A stretch of 64,000 bases of DNA from Bacillota bacterium (GTDB lineage Bacteria > Bacillota > SHA-98 > UBA4971): assembly GCA_014360195.1 (NCBI GenBank), contig JACIXY010000002.1, positions 5,986-69,985 on the forward strand, given 5' to 3'. The notes beneath the pieces were generated by a model. That model saw only the letters and a program-made list of their open reading frames with translations. It was not told the DNA's origin and ran no database searches. The translations under genes and the position numbers were made by a program. Positions 1-10,597 of the stretch are shown in pieces. Positions within the stretch are counted from its first letter, which is position 1, and every line of letters begins with the position of its first letter.

Positions 1-77
1 CCGGCGTATGTGACGAGCTGCCCCATCAGGAGCACGCCCTGCCCACCGAACCCTGCGAAGATGACCTCCTCGTGCAT
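1..77 (-). CDS. vorC: 2-oxoacid:ferredoxin oxidoreductase gamma subunit, N-terminal fragment; the gene continues beyond the window edge
   Basis: Reverse complement of 1-77 reads MHEEVIFAGFGGQGVLLMGQLVTYAG, the classic N-terminus of the PorC/VorC gamma subunit. It starts 3 nt after the vorB stop. Confidence 0.5.
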   Translation of the reverse strand, partial: MHEEVIFAGFGGQGVLLMGQLVTYA

Positions 78-79
78 GG

Positions 80-826
80 CTAGCCCACCTCCGGAACCCT
101 GGTGTATTCCCCAAGCGGGTAGTACACGGCCATCTTGTCGTCCACCCACTTGAGGGCCTCAACGGGGGTCATCCCCCAGTTCGTGGGGCACGTGGACAGG
201 AACTCCACCAGGCTGAAGCCCCTTCCCTCGAGCTGCGTCTCGAACGCCTTCTTCACAGCGCGCCTGGCTTTGGCAACGTTGGCGGGACTCGTCACGGACA
301 CCCGGGCGATGTACGCAGCCCCTGAGAGCGACGATAAAAGCTCGCAGATCCTTATGGGATGGCCGGCCACCTCAGGATCCCGTCCCCTCGGAGATGTGGT
401 GGTCTTCTGACCGGGGAGGGTCGTGGGAGCCATTTGACCGCCGGTCATGCCGTATATGGCGTTGTTCACGAAGATGACCGTGATCTTCTCGCCCCTCGAT
501 GCCGCATGCACTATCTCGCCGGCTCCAATGGAGGCGAGATCGCCGTCCCCCTGGTAGGTGAAGACGACGGAATTCGGCGATGCACGCTTGATCCCAGTCG
601 CCACCGCCGGCGCCCTCCCATGGGAAGCTTCAACGAAGTCGCAATTGAAGTAGTCGTAGGCCAGTACCGCGCAGCCCACCGGTGAGATGCCCACGGTGCG
701 TTCCCGCACGCCCAGCTCGTCGATGACCTCGGCGATGAGGCGGTGAATGATGCCGTGGGTGCACCCCGGGCAGTAATGAGTCGGCACGTCCGCCAGCGCC
801 TCGGGCCGCCCAAACACCTTCTGCAT
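80..826 (-). CDS. vorB: 2-oxoacid (2-ketoisovalerate/pyruvate-type):ferredoxin oxidoreductase beta subunit, TPP-binding
   Basis: 248 aa. A CPGCGH-type motif ([10 protein letters not shown]) and a TPP-binding GDG...N region ([14 protein letters not shown]...[11 protein letters not shown]) are present. Confidence 0.85.
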   Translation of the reverse strand: MQKVFGRPEALADVPTHYCPGCTHGIIHRLIAEVIDELGVRERTVGISPVGCAVLAYDYFNCDFVEASHGRAPAVATGIKRASPNSVVFTYQGDGDLASIGAGEIVHAASRGEKITVIFVNNAIYGMTGGQMAPTTLPGQKTTTSPRGRDPEVAGHPIRICELLSSLSGAAYIARVSVTSPANVAKARRAVKKAFETQLEGRGFSLVEFLSTCPTNWGMTPVEALKWVDDKMAVYYPLGEYTRVPEVG

Positions 827-829
827 TCC

Positions 830-1894
830 TCACGCCCCCCTTTCCACGATCTTCACGATCTCGTCCAGTATCTCCCTGGGCGAGGGGCTCATGCCTCCGG
901 TCCTCCCGTAGAAGTGCACAGGCTTCGTCTCGCCGAGGGCCAGCCTCACATCTTCCACCATCTGGCCGAGGCTCATCTCCACTACCAGTACGTGAGCTGC
1001 ACCTGCCGCTGCGGCAGCAAGCGCCTCGTACGGGAACGGCCACAGGCTTATCGGCCTGAAAAGCCCGACCCGCAGGCCCCGCTCCCTGGCCCTGTCCAGC
1101 GCGGCGCGGGCGATACGAGCCGTGGTGCCGTAAGCCACCAGCACCACGTCAGCGTCCTCTGTCATGTGCGTGGCATAACGCACCTGCTCTGCGGCCATGC
1201 GATTGTACTTCTCCGCCAGGCGGAGGTTATGCTTCTCCAGCTTCGCCGGGTCAAGGTAGAGAGATGTTATGATGTTCTTCGGACGCCCCGCCGCGCCGGT
1301 GGTGGCCCAGGTTTTCGGCGGAAGATCCGCCCTCGGCGGCCGCTTCCGCATCTCCACAGGCTCCATCATCTGGCCGAGGATCGCGTCGCCGAGGATCATG
1401 ACGGGGTTGCGATACATGTCGGCAAGGTCGAACGCCTCCATGGTGAGGTCCACAAGCTCCTGCACCGTGGACGGGCCGAGCACCAGGAGGTGATAGTCGC
1501 CATGGCCGCCCCCCTTCGTCGCCTGGAAATAGTCGGATTGCGCTCCCTGTATGCCCCCGAGGCCCGGGCCGCCGCGCACGATATTCACGACCACGCACGG
1601 AAGCTCGGCACCGGCCATGTACGAGATGGCCTCCTGCATGAGGCTTATCCCCGGGCTCGATGAGGTGGTCATGACCCGCGCCCCGGCGCACGCGGCGCCG
1701 TACACCATGTTGCTTCCGGCGACCTCGCTCTCGGCCTGCAGGAACACCCCTCCCACCTCTGGCATACGCCTTGACATGTACTCGGGAATCTCGTTCTGGG
1801 GGGTTATCGGGTACCCGAAAAAGCACCTGCATCCAGCCATTATAGCCGCCTCGGCCACCGCCTCGTTCCCCTTCATCAGGACCTTCTCAGCCAT
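830..1894 (-). CDS. vorA: 2-oxoacid:ferredoxin oxidoreductase alpha subunit
   Basis: 354 aa. The N-terminus [36 protein letters not shown] is typical of POR/VOR alpha. Spacing to the beta and delta genes is tight. Confidence 0.85.
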   Translation of the reverse strand: MAEKVLMKGNEAVAEAAIMAGCRCFFGYPITPQNEIPEYMSRRMPEVGGVFLQAESEVAGSNMVYGAACAGARVMTTSSSPGISLMQEAISYMAGAELPCVVVNIVRGGPGLGGIQGAQSDYFQATKGGGHGDYHLLVLGPSTVQELVDLTMEAFDLADMYRNPVMILGDAILGQMMEPVEMRKRPPRADLPPKTWATTGAAGRPKNIITSLYLDPAKLEKHNLRLAEKYNRMAAEQVRYATHMTEDADVVLVAYGTTARIARAALDRARERGLRVGLFRPISLWPFPYEALAAAAAGAAHVLVVEMSLGQMVEDVRLALGETKPVHFYGRTGGMSPSPREILDEIVKIVERGA

Positions 1895-1909
1895 GCGCGC
1901 CCTCCCTCC

Positions 1910-2113
1910 CTATCTGTAAACTTCGATGGCCACTTCGGGGCACATCCGGGCGCAAGCGGTACAGGAGTTGCACCGCTCCTCGTCTATTATGGTGGCCGGA
2001 TGAAACCCCTTGCTGTTGAAGTGCTCAGCCATGGTCAGGATCTTCCTCGGACAGAAGGTCACGCACAGCTCGCACCCCTTGCACCGCTCCTCGTTGAACA
2101 CGACCTTCGGCAT
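1910..2113 (-). CDS. vorD: 2-oxoacid:ferredoxin oxidoreductase delta subunit (2x[4Fe-4S] ferredoxin)
   Basis: 67 aa with two CxxCxxCxxxCP motifs (CKGCELCVTFCP and CNSCTACARMCP). Confidence 0.8.
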   Translation of the reverse strand: MPKVVFNEERCKGCELCVTFCPRKILTMAEHFNSKGFHPATIIDEERCNSCTACARMCPEVAIEVYR

Positions 2114-2125
2114 CTCGCAAACCTC

Positions 2126-3244
2126 CTACCTGTACGCCTTGGCCTCCTCCTCGCCCCGCAGGACCCGGAGGCAGGCCTCGGCAAGCGCCTGCATCTCATT
2201 CTCGCCCGGGTACACCATCACCGGTGCTACAAAGCTCACCCTGTCCCGTATCCACTCCACCAGGCGGCGCGAGTGCGCAAGGCCCCCCGTGAGGATTATA
2301 GCATCGATGTCCCCCGAAAGCACTGCCGCATATGCCCCTATCTCCTTCGCCACCTGGTAGGCCATGGCCTCGTAGATCAGTCTCGCATGTTCGTCGCCTG
2401 CATCAATGCGCCTCTCGATCTCGACCGCGTCGCTCGTCCCGAGGTGTGCCACTAGCCCCCCACCGCCGACCAGTTTTCTCATCATGTCGTCCTCACTGTA
2501 TTTACCCGAGAAACACAGGCCCACCACGCCGAGGGCGGGAAGCGCTCCCGCCCTCTCGGGGGTGAAGGGACCCTCTCCGTCGAGCCCGTTGCTCACATCG
2601 ACGACCCGCCCCTTGAGATGGGCGCCGACGGTAATCCCGCCACCTAAATGCGCGACGACGAGGTTTACATCCTCGTACCGCATACCGATGTCCCTCGCCG
2701 CCCGCCTCGCAACGGCCTTCTGATTGAGGGCGTGGAAAACGCTTCGTCGCGGGATCTCCGGAAGCCCCGAAAGCCTCGCCACCTCCCACATCTCATCGAC
2801 CACGACCGGGTCAGCGATGTATGCTCGCACACCCGCTCGAGCCGCGATCTCCCGCGCCAGAGGCGCGCCGAGGTTCGAGGCATGGGGCACCGAACCGTTA
2901 CCGATGAGGTCGTGCACCATCTCGTCATTTACCTCGTATACCCCGCCCTCGACGGGCTTGAGGAGGCCCCCGCGCCCGACGACCGCGTCAAATCCGCTTA
3001 CGGTCTCCCCATGTCTCTCAAGAGCCTCAAGGATCGCATCGAGCCTCAACCGATACTGCTCAAGAACACCGCCGAGCCTCGCCAGCTCTCCGCTGCCATG
3101 GGATATGGTCTCCTGGAACACTACATCATCGTCAAGGTACACGGCGATCTTTGTCGAGGTGGACCCGGGGTTGATCACGAGGATCCGGAAGCCGTTGCGC
3201 CGATCAAGCCCGGGCTCAGGCGTAATGCTTTCGGTGCAAGTCAT
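2126..3244 (-). CDS. buk: butyrate (branched-chain fatty acid) kinase
   Basis: 372 aa. The ILVINPGSTSTKIAVY motif and the acetate/butyrate kinase fold signature are present. An AGAGGGGA ribosome-binding site precedes the ATG at 3244. Confidence 0.85.
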   Translation of the reverse strand: MTCTESITPEPGLDRRNGFRILVINPGSTSTKIAVYLDDDVVFQETISHGSGELARLGGVLEQYRLRLDAILEALERHGETVSGFDAVVGRGGLLKPVEGGVYEVNDEMVHDLIGNGSVPHASNLGAPLAREIAARAGVRAYIADPVVVDEMWEVARLSGLPEIPRRSVFHALNQKAVARRAARDIGMRYEDVNLVVAHLGGGITVGAHLKGRVVDVSNGLDGEGPFTPERAGALPALGVVGLCFSGKYSEDDMMRKLVGGGGLVAHLGTSDAVEIERRIDAGDEHARLIYEAMAYQVAKEIGAYAAVLSGDIDAIILTGGLAHSRRLVEWIRDRVSFVAPVMVYPGENEMQALAEACLRVLRGEEEAKAYR

Positions 3245-3401
3245 CAGCTACGTCCCCTCTTCGTTCCGTGTTTGCCGCGTAGGGCTTCTGTGCACCAGGG
3301 AGCGCACGTAGCCTTCCGCCGAACCTCCCCGGAACTCCAAAGCCCGCGGGTCCTGCGGGAGGCGGCCTCGCGCTCCCCGGCCCTGCCTCACCCTGGCCGC
3401 C

Positions 3402-4472
3402 TTACGCCGGCACGTAGACCTTGTGAATCCTCCCCAGCTTCGCTATCCTCTCCTCGGCGAGCCGGGCCGCTGCCCTGTAGGTCGGAATCTTCTCCCGTTT
3501 CGCTATCCCGATGACCTTGAGTACGTTCTCGTAGATGCCCGCGGCCTTGCGAAGGGCCCTCTCCCTGTTGTAACCGTAGAATTCGTCAGCAACGTTTATG
3601 ACTCCTCCCGCGTTGATGATGTAATCGGGAGCGTAGAGTATTCCCATGTCTTCCAAGGCGTCGCCGTGCCGCTCCTCCTTCAGCTGGTTGTTCGCGGCAC
3701 CCGCCACGATCTTGCATTTCAGCTTCGGAAGGGTCTCATCGTTTATGACCGCACCCAGGGCACAGGGGCAGAACACGTCGCACTCGACGTCGAACACTTT
3801 GTCCGGAGCCACCGGCTTCGCCCCGAAATCGTCGGCCGCCTTCTTGACCCGGTCCTCATAGATGTCTGTGACATACACCTTCGCGCCTTCTTCGGTAAGG
3901 TATCTCACCACATTGTAGCCCACGTGGCCCGCACCCTGGACGACGACGGTTCTGTCTTTAAGGGAGTCGCTCCCGAAGACCTCCAGTGCACACGCCTTCA
4001 TGCCACGCACGACCCCGAACGCGGTCACAGGAGACGGGTCGCCGCTGGAGCCATCCGCCGCAGAGAGGCCCAGCACATGGTCAGTCTCGGTGTGGACGAT
4101 CTCCATGTCCTCCACGCTGACCCCGACATCCTCAGCTGTAAGATACCGGCCGCCAAGGGTTTCCACGAACCTTCCGAACGCACGGAAGAGCGCCTCAGAC
4201 TTGTCCTTGCGCGGGTCGCCTATGATGACGGACTTACCTCCGCCGAAATCGAGGCCGGCGGCGGCATTCTTGTACGTCATTCCCCGGGCGAGCCGCAGGG
4301 CATCGACTATGGCCTCCTCCTCAGACGCATAAGGCCACATCCTGCATCCACCGAGGGCAGGGCCGAGCGTCGTGTCGTGGATGGCTATGATGGCCCGCAG
4401 CCCCGACGCCTCGTCGTTTGCAAAAACCACCTGCTCGAACCCGTAGCGCCCCATCTCTTCAAAGAGCTTCAC
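3402..4472 (-). CDS. ldh: leucine (branched-chain amino acid) dehydrogenase
   Basis: 356 aa. [48 protein letters not shown] is near-canonical for the LeuDH N-terminus, including the catalytic K and the GGxK motif. GTG start with a GGAGGAGG ribosome-binding site. Confidence 0.85.
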   Translation of the reverse strand: MKLFEEMGRYGFEQVVFANDEASGLRAIIAIHDTTLGPALGGCRMWPYASEEEAIVDALRLARGMTYKNAAAGLDFGGGKSVIIGDPRKDKSEALFRAFGRFVETLGGRYLTAEDVGVSVEDMEIVHTETDHVLGLSAADGSSGDPSPVTAFGVVRGMKACALEVFGSDSLKDRTVVVQGAGHVGYNVVRYLTEEGAKVYVTDIYEDRVKKAADDFGAKPVAPDKVFDVECDVFCPCALGAVINDETLPKLKCKIVAGAANNQLKEERHGDALEDMGILYAPDYIINAGGVINVADEFYGYNRERALRKAAGIYENVLKVIGIAKREKIPTYRAAARLAEERIAKLGRIHKVYVPA

Positions 4473-4636
4473 TTTCGGACCTCCTCCTTTGCCATGCCCA
4501 TATTCCTCCTAGGCCCTCACCTGGATAGCGCAGCACATTCTCAGCCTTGTGCTTCGGTTCCGGCGTTGAGGCTGGTCAACCGTGAGGCTTGCGTCCAGGT
4601 CTTACCGCAAGCCCCGGACTTCAAGTCCGTAGCGGT

Positions 4637-5539
4637 TCACCTGGACAGAAGCACCCCGAGAGCAAGGGAATACACCTTCGCCATGTGCGAGTCGGACCTC
4701 GACGTAATCACAACAGGCGCCTTCGCACCCACCACCACGCTGGCGGCGCATCCACCTGCCAGGTAAACCAGGGTCTTATAGAACACGTTCCCCGCCTCGA
4801 TGTCAGGTACGATGAGTATATCGGCACGCCCGGCCACAGGGCTTGAGATCCCCTTGCGGCTGGCGGCCGCGGAGGATATGGCGTTATCCAGCGCGAGCGG
4901 CCCGTCCACGATGCCCCCCTTGATCTGGCCGCGCTCCGACATTTTCGCAAGACACGCGGCATCAATGGTGGCAGGCATATCAGGGTTGACGGTCTCGACG
5001 GCCGCGAGGGCCGCAACGCGCGGCTCTGAGATCTCAAGCGCATGTGCCACGTCTATGGCGTTTTGGGTGATCTGCGCCTTCTCGGCCAGGTCAGGAGCGA
5101 TGTTCATCGCCCCATCGCTGAAGATGAGGAGGCGATCGAGCCGTGGCGCCTCGAACACCGACAGGTGCGAAAGCAGCCGCCCCGTGCGAAGGCCGATCTC
5201 CTTGTCGAGCACCGCCCGAAGCACGTCCGCCGTGCTCACAAGGCCCTTCATCAGGAGATCCGCCCTGCCGGAGCTCACCATCGCAACGCCTGTGCGGGCA
5301 GCAGCAGCGGCGTCCCTCTCCTCCACGACGTCGTACCTCGAGAGATCCATGCCAACCTCGGAGGCAGCCTTAGCTATCGCGACAGGGTCGCCAATGAGTA
5401 CGCACTTTGCGATCCCCCGTCGCGCGGCCTCGTCCGCAGCGAGAAGCACCTCAGGGTCGGCAGCGGCCACTACCGCGCATGTCCTCGGACCCGCATCCTG
5501 CGCCGTTTTCACGAGGTCATCCAGGCTTCTCACCATTCC
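4637..5539 (-). CDS. ptb: phosphate butyryltransferase (phosphotransacylase)
   Basis: Pta/Ptb-family sequence (…SRSDSHMAKVYSLALG). The start is trimmed to ATG 5539, preceded by GGAGG, because the longer ORF would overlap buk2. Confidence 0.8.
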   Translation of the reverse strand, partial: GMVRSLDDLVKTAQDAGPRTCAVVAAADPEVLLAADEAARRGIAKCVLIGDPVAIAKAASEVGMDLSRYDVVEERDAAAAARTGVAMVSSGRADLLMKGLVSTADVLRAVLDKEIGLRTGRLLSHLSVFEAPRLDRLLIFSDGAMNIAPDLAEKAQITQNAIDVAHALEISEPRVAALAAVETVNPDMPATIDAACLAKMSERGQIKGGIVDGPLALDNAISSAAASRKGISSPVAGRADILIVPDIEAGNVFYKTLVYLAGGCAASVVVGAKAPVVITSRSDSHMAKVYSLALGVLLSR

Positions 5540-5564
5540 GCCTCCCCATCCTCCCCTCGCTCCG

Positions 5565-6635
5565 TCATTCATAGGTTCTCGCCTCTTCCTCTCCCTGAAG
5601 CACTCTGAAGGCCCCCATTGCGAGGGCCTCCATCTCCTCCTCACCCGGGTAAACCCTGACCTCAGCGATGAACTCGACCCGACTCCGGATCATGTCCACG
5701 AGGCGCGCCGCGTTGGCAAGGCCCCCAGTTATCAGGATGGCCTGCACGTCACCCCCGAGCACACAGGCCATCGCGCCGATCTCCTTGGCCACTTGGTAGG
5801 CCATTGCCTCGTACACCAGTCGGGCGTACTCGTCCCCCTGTGCGATTCGCCTCTCCACCTCGACGGCATCGGACGTCCCCAGGTAAGCCACGAGGCCGCC
5901 GCGGCCGACCAACTTCTTCGTGAGTTCCTCCCTTGTGTACTCGCCGGAGAAGGCGAGGCGCACAAGCCCGGCCGCAGGCACCCCGCCCGCCCGCTCGGGG
6001 CTGAACGGCCCCTGCTCGTTGGCGTTGTTCACGTCGATAATGCGCCCGGCACGGCACGCAGCCACGGATATGCCTCCGCCGAGGTGAGCGACGACGTAGT
6101 TAGCGGAGGCGAGGTCCACCCCCATCTCTTGCGAGGCCCGCCTCATGGCGGCCTTGATGTTCAGCGCGTGGCTCAGGCTGCGCCTGGGCAACTCCGGGAG
6201 GCCCGACACCCTGGCAAGCGGCTCGAACTCGTCACACGACACCGGGTCCACCACGTAGGCCGGCACACCCCACCTGTCCGCGATGGCCCGAGCGATGATG
6301 CCTCCGAGGTTGGAAGCGTGAGGCCCCTGCACCTGGTTGCGCAGGTCCTCGAGCATCCTGTGGTCCACGAGGTAGGTGCCGCCGGCAACAGGGCGCAGGA
6401 GACCGCCGCGGGCCACGACCGCTGCGATACAGGCAGGCTCGATGTGGGCCTCTTCGAGAGCCTTCGTGATTTCTGACAACCTGTATTCGAACTGGTCCAT
6501 GATGCTGGGAAACGATGTAATTGCCTTATGGTCGTGGACAAGCTTTCTTTCAAAGAGCGGGCCGGAGGGAGTGTACAGGGCAATCCTGGTGGCAGTGGAA
6601 CCGGGATTGATGACGAGCACCTGCAACGTTTCCAC
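5565..6635 (-). CDS. buk: butyrate kinase paralog 2
   Basis: 356 aa starting METLQVLVINPGSTATRIALY. It is roughly 55-60% identical by eye to the other buk gene. Confidence 0.85.
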   Translation of the reverse strand: METLQVLVINPGSTATRIALYTPSGPLFERKLVHDHKAITSFPSIMDQFEYRLSEITKALEEAHIEPACIAAVVARGGLLRPVAGGTYLVDHRMLEDLRNQVQGPHASNLGGIIARAIADRWGVPAYVVDPVSCDEFEPLARVSGLPELPRRSLSHALNIKAAMRRASQEMGVDLASANYVVAHLGGGISVAACRAGRIIDVNNANEQGPFSPERAGGVPAAGLVRLAFSGEYTREELTKKLVGRGGLVAYLGTSDAVEVERRIAQGDEYARLVYEAMAYQVAKEIGAMACVLGGDVQAILITGGLANAARLVDMIRSRVEFIAEVRVYPGEEEMEALAMGAFRVLQGEEEARTYE

Positions 6636-6750
6636 CTCAGATCGTCTCCCGCTGCAGACCCGGGCAGGCCTGCCAGGTTTTCAGTGTGCCGCCGCGCTGC
6701 CGGTATATGCTCAAGGTTCTTGCGCGCCTCTCTTCCACGTTAAGTGTGTA

Positions 6751-6766
6751 GCAAATGTCGTGCCAC
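6751..6766 (-). promoter_or_regulatory. sigma-54 (RpoN) -24/-12 promoter for the buk2-ptb-ldh-buk-vor operon
   Basis: The minus strand reads TGGCACG-ACAT-TTGCT, an exact match to the TGGCACG-N4-TTGCW consensus. It lies about 100 nt upstream of the buk2 ATG. Confidence 0.6.
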
Positions 6767-6870
6767 CCATCCCCTGGAGCCAGCTCCCCGTCAGCGCTGG
6801 TACCCTGGGCACCCCTGCGCCGCGACGCTCACGAGTGCGCAATTGTATGCAGTATCCCGGTGGAGATGTG

Positions 6871-6884
6871 TGCAATATCTTGCA
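6871..6884. promoter_or_regulatory. perfect palindrome TGCAA-N4-TTGCA; candidate enhancer-binding-protein upstream activating sequence
   Basis: TGCAATATCTTGCA sits about 105-120 bp upstream of the sigma-54 promoter, the typical distance for a bacterial enhancer-binding-protein site. Its function is inferred only. Confidence 0.3.
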
Positions 6885-7139
6885 TGCATCACGCACAGTC
6901 CCAGCCATTGGTCCCGGGGCATCGTACCCACCAGCGGCGCTCCCGTTCGTGGCAGCTCCGAGTCCCGGGGCTGGATGGAAATCCCGGCTCCCCCGGCGCA
7001 GCCTCAGGCATCCGCATTTCCGACTTCGCACGAGCGTACCTGGATTCCCCCGCCCCTCCCCGTTTTTGAAGGGATCCGGTCCTACGTGAAGAAAGATTTA
7101 CTTGCCTCACGAGGATTCTGAACCAGGAGGGATGCGCGC

Positions 7140-8303
7140 GTGGACTTCAGCCTTACAGAAGAGCAGGAAGCCATAAGGCAGATGGCCGCCGAGTTCGCCG
7201 ACAAGGAGCTTGCGCCGCACGCCCGCGAGCTCGATGCCAAAGGTGAATACCCGTGGGATAACCTCCGCAAATTAGCACGGTACGGTTACCTCGGGATGAT
7301 GCTTCCCGCGGAGTTCGGCGGCTCGGGAGCGGACGTTCTCTCGCACACGCTCTGCGTTGAGGAAGTCTCCCGGGCGTGCGCCGCAACAGGCGTCATCATG
7401 GAAATCCACAACAGCCTCACATGCGACGGGATCTACCGTTTCGGAACCGACGAGCAAAAGGCTCGCTACCTCCCGGCCCTTGCGCGGGGTGAAAAGATCG
7501 GCGCATTCGCGCTCACCGAGCCCGGAGCCGGGTCCGATCCCTCGGGCATCAGAACCGTAGCGGCGCGCGACGGCAATGATTTCGTCATCAACGGCACCAA
7601 GCACTTTATAACCGGCGCCGGCCAGGCCCACGTGTATCTCCTGTTCGCCATGACCGATCCGTCGAAAGGCACGAAGGGGATCTCCGCCTTCATCGTGGAG
7701 AAGGGGATGCCGGGTCTTTCGTTCGGCCCTCCCGAGGACAAGATGGGGATCAGGGCATCTCACACCGGCGAACTCATCTTTAGCGACTGCCGCATCCCCG
7801 CGGAGAACCTCGTCGGGTCCGAAGGCGAGGGGTACAAGATCGCGCTTACGCTCCTCGACGGCGGACGCATCGGCATCGGTGCTCAGGCCGTCGGAATAGC
7901 GCGGGCGGCCTTCGATGCTGCGCTGAGGTACTCGCAGGAGAGGGTCCAGTTCGGCCAGGCCATCTCGGGCTTCCAGGCCATCCAGTGGATGCTCGCGGAC
8001 ATGGCCACCGAAATCGAGGCTGCCCGCCTCCTGGTATACAGAGCAGCCTACCTGCGCGACAAGGGCGTGCGTTGCACAAAGGAGGTGGCCATGGCAAAAC
8101 TCTTCGCGTCCGAGGTTGCGATGAGAACCACCGTCAAGGCCGTGCAGATCCACGGCGGGTACGGGTACATGCGGGAGTACAACGTTGAGCGGTACATGCG
8201 CGACGCCAAGATCACCGAGATATACGAGGGTACCAGCGAGATCATGAGGCTCCTCATCGCGTCCGCCGTTCTTAAGGAAAGCAAGGGAAGCAAGGAGAGG
8301 TGA
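7140..8303 (+). CDS. short/branched-chain acyl-CoA dehydrogenase
   Basis: 387 aa. Typical acyl-CoA dehydrogenase start MDFSLTEEQEAIRQ and a C-terminal YEGTSEI motif. GTG start with an AGGAGGG ribosome-binding site. Confidence 0.85.
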   Translation: MDFSLTEEQEAIRQMAAEFADKELAPHARELDAKGEYPWDNLRKLARYGYLGMMLPAEFGGSGADVLSHTLCVEEVSRACAATGVIMEIHNSLTCDGIYRFGTDEQKARYLPALARGEKIGAFALTEPGAGSDPSGIRTVAARDGNDFVINGTKHFITGAGQAHVYLLFAMTDPSKGTKGISAFIVEKGMPGLSFGPPEDKMGIRASHTGELIFSDCRIPAENLVGSEGEGYKIALTLLDGGRIGIGAQAVGIARAAFDAALRYSQERVQFGQAISGFQAIQWMLADMATEIEAARLLVYRAAYLRDKGVRCTKEVAMAKLFASEVAMRTTVKAVQIHGGYGYMREYNVERYMRDAKITEIYEGTSEIMRLLIASAVLKESKGSKER

Positions 8304-8309
8304 GCGATT

Positions 8310-9521
8310 GTGGTCGGTGGGAAAATCGCCCTGCGTTCGTCGGTGCTGGTAAGCGCCGCGAGAACTCCCTTCGGCGGCTTCGGCCGAACCCTGCGTGACA
8401 TGAAGGCGACCCAGCTTGGCGCGATTGCGATCCGCGCAGCGGTAGAGCGGGCCGGCATCAAGCCTGGTGATGTGGACTACCTCCTCATGGGCATGGTGGT
8501 ACAGGCAGGCACGGGACAGATCCCATCGAGGCAGGCGGGGATTGCGGCCGGTCTCCCGGTGACAGTCCCGTCGGACACCATCAACAAAGTGTGCGCCTCG
8601 GGCCTCCGGGCCGTGAACCTGGCTGACATGATGATCCGCGCGGGCGAGGCACAGGTGGTCGTTGCCGGCGGTATGGAAAGCATGAGCCAGGCCCCCTACT
8701 TCATGGACAGGGCCAGATGGGGGGGCTTGCGCCTCGGTCACGGCACACTCATCGACGGCGTCATCAAGGACGGGCTCTGGTGCCCGTTCGGCGACGTGCA
8801 CATGGGCGCACTTGGCGATGCCGCCGCGAAGAAGCACGGAATCTCCCGGGAGGAGCAGGACAGGTGGGCGCTGCGCAGCCACCAGCGTGCACTCGCCGCG
8901 ATCCGCGAAGGCCGCCTGCGTGAGGAGATCGTCCCGGTGGAGATCCCCCAAAAGGACGGGCCACCTCTCATCTTCGACACCGACGAGGCGCCACGACCCG
9001 ATACGTCCCTCGAGAAGCTCGCGCGGCTTCGCCCGGCTTTCACCCCGGACGGCACCATCACCGCGGGTAACGCGCCGGGCCTCAACGACGGTGCCGGAGC
9101 GCTCGTGGTCATGGAGGAAGCGAAGGCCCGCGCCCTCGGCATAAAGTCGCTCGCCCGGATCGTGTCCCACGGCGTGGCGTCAGTAGAGCCTGCAGACATG
9201 CCGGAGGTGCCGGCGCTCGCCGCGAAAGTGGCCCTCGATAAAGCAGGTCTCTCCATAAACGACATCGGGCTCATCGAGGTAAACGAGGCGTTCGCAGCGG
9301 TGGCCCTCATCAGCATGAAGCTGGGTGGCTGGGACGAAGAGAAAATCAACGTGAACGGCGGAGCCGTCGCCCTCGGCCATCCCATCGGGGCAAGCGGCGC
9401 GAGGATACTCATGACGCTGGTCTTCGAGATGCGAAGGCGCGGCGTCAAGTTCGGGCTTGCGACGATATGCAGCGGCGCGGCCCAGGGCGAGGCGACCATC
9501 GTGGAGCTGTGTGAAGGCTAA
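8310..9521 (+). CDS. acetyl-CoA C-acetyltransferase (thiolase)
   Basis: 403 aa. VLVSAARTPFGGF, the catalytic NKVCASG motif and the C-terminal GLATICSGAAQG motif are present. Confidence 0.85.
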   Translation: MVGGKIALRSSVLVSAARTPFGGFGRTLRDMKATQLGAIAIRAAVERAGIKPGDVDYLLMGMVVQAGTGQIPSRQAGIAAGLPVTVPSDTINKVCASGLRAVNLADMMIRAGEAQVVVAGGMESMSQAPYFMDRARWGGLRLGHGTLIDGVIKDGLWCPFGDVHMGALGDAAAKKHGISREEQDRWALRSHQRALAAIREGRLREEIVPVEIPQKDGPPLIFDTDEAPRPDTSLEKLARLRPAFTPDGTITAGNAPGLNDGAGALVVMEEAKARALGIKSLARIVSHGVASVEPADMPEVPALAAKVALDKAGLSINDIGLIEVNEAFAAVALISMKLGGWDEEKINVNGGAVALGHPIGASGARILMTLVFEMRRRGVKFGLATICSGAAQGEATIVELCEG

Positions 9522-9564
9522 CACCTACTGTGAAGCAGATTGGGATTGGAAAGGAGGCTTGTCT

Positions 9565-10413
9565 ATGGACGTTTCCAGGCTCGCAGTTATCGGCGCAGGG
9601 CAGATGGGGTCCGGGATAGCGCAGGTGGCGGCGACGGCCGGGCTTTCCGTGACGCTGCTGGATGTCTCGGAGGACCTTGCGAGGAAGGGCCTAGCCGCCG
9701 TGGAAAAGGGGCTCTCCCGCGCCATCGAGAAAGGCAAGCTGGACCCCGCGGAGAAGGATGCAGTGCTCGCGAGGATCCGCATCGGGGCAGATCTTTCCCT
9801 GGTATCCGACGCAGATATGGCAATAGAGGCCGTGGTTGAGAACGTTGACGTCAAGAAGGACGTGTTCCGGAAGCTGGATGCTGTCCTCGCCCCGAACGCT
9901 ATCATCGCGTCTAACACGTCGTCCATCTCCATCACGCGGCTCGCGGCAGCCACGGGGCGGCCTGGAAAGGTCATCGGCATGCATTTCATGAACCCCGTCC
10001 CTGCCATGAAGCTGGTGGAGATCATATCCGGCCAGGCCACCTCAGATGAGACGCGCGAGGTCACCTGGGCGCTTGCCGAGAAGATGGGCAAGACCCCGGT
10101 GGCGGTCTCCGACTACCCCGGGTTCGTCTCAAATAGGCTGCTCATGCCCATGATCAACGAGGCAGCCTATTGCCTCATGGAGGGGGTTGCCTCACGCGAA
10201 GACATCGACACCGTGATGAGGCTGGGCATGAACCACCCCATGGGCCCGCTGGCCCTTGCCGACCTCATCGGGCTGGATACCTGCCTCTACATCATGGAGG
10301 TCCTCTACGAGGGCTTCAAGGACTCGAAGTACAGGCCATGCCCGCTGCTCCGCCGGATGGTGGACGCCGGCTACCTGGGCAGGAAGGTCGGAAAAGGGTT
10401 CTATACGTACTAA
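9565..10413 (+). CDS. hbd: 3-hydroxyacyl/3-hydroxybutyryl-CoA dehydrogenase
   Basis: Rossmann motif VIGAGQMGSGIAQV. The start is reset to ATG 9565, after AAGGAGG. Confidence 0.85.
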   Translation: MDVSRLAVIGAGQMGSGIAQVAATAGLSVTLLDVSEDLARKGLAAVEKGLSRAIEKGKLDPAEKDAVLARIRIGADLSLVSDADMAIEAVVENVDVKKDVFRKLDAVLAPNAIIASNTSSISITRLAAATGRPGKVIGMHFMNPVPAMKLVEIISGQATSDETREVTWALAEKMGKTPVAVSDYPGFVSNRLLMPMINEAAYCLMEGVASREDIDTVMRLGMNHPMGPLALADLIGLDTCLYIMEVLYEGFKDSKYRPCPLLRRMVDAGYLGRKVGKGFYTY

Positions 10414-10418
10414 ATAAG

Positions 10419-10547
10419 TGAGAATGCGAAAATGCCCCCGACTTTTAGGGGTTGCCGGTGATTGCACGAGGGGTGTCAAAATCCGGCCACCGGCCCGACG
10501 GGCTGGGACTTTTGGGAGGGGTTGCCGGTGACTCAAAGAGAGAGTGG
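10419..10547 (+). repeat. composite or chimeric copy of the MITE-like repeat family: two partial units fused to the reverse complement of a type-B right arm
   Basis: GGGGTTGCCGGTG occurs twice. The stretch GGGGTTGCCGGTGATTGCACGAGGGGTGTCAAAATCCGG is the reverse complement of 49540-49580. The second unit is truncated after CTCAAAGAGAGAGTG. Confidence 0.6.
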
Positions 10548-10597
10548 AGTATAAGTTCGAGGACCACTGCCACCTCTACAGTCAAGGAAGGGATTCG

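Noticed and set aside
6900-7140. A second sigma-54 promoter driving the divergent acd-thl-hbd operon
   Set aside because: No TGGCAC-N5-TTGC match on the + strand. Only weak sigma-A-like hexamers were seen.
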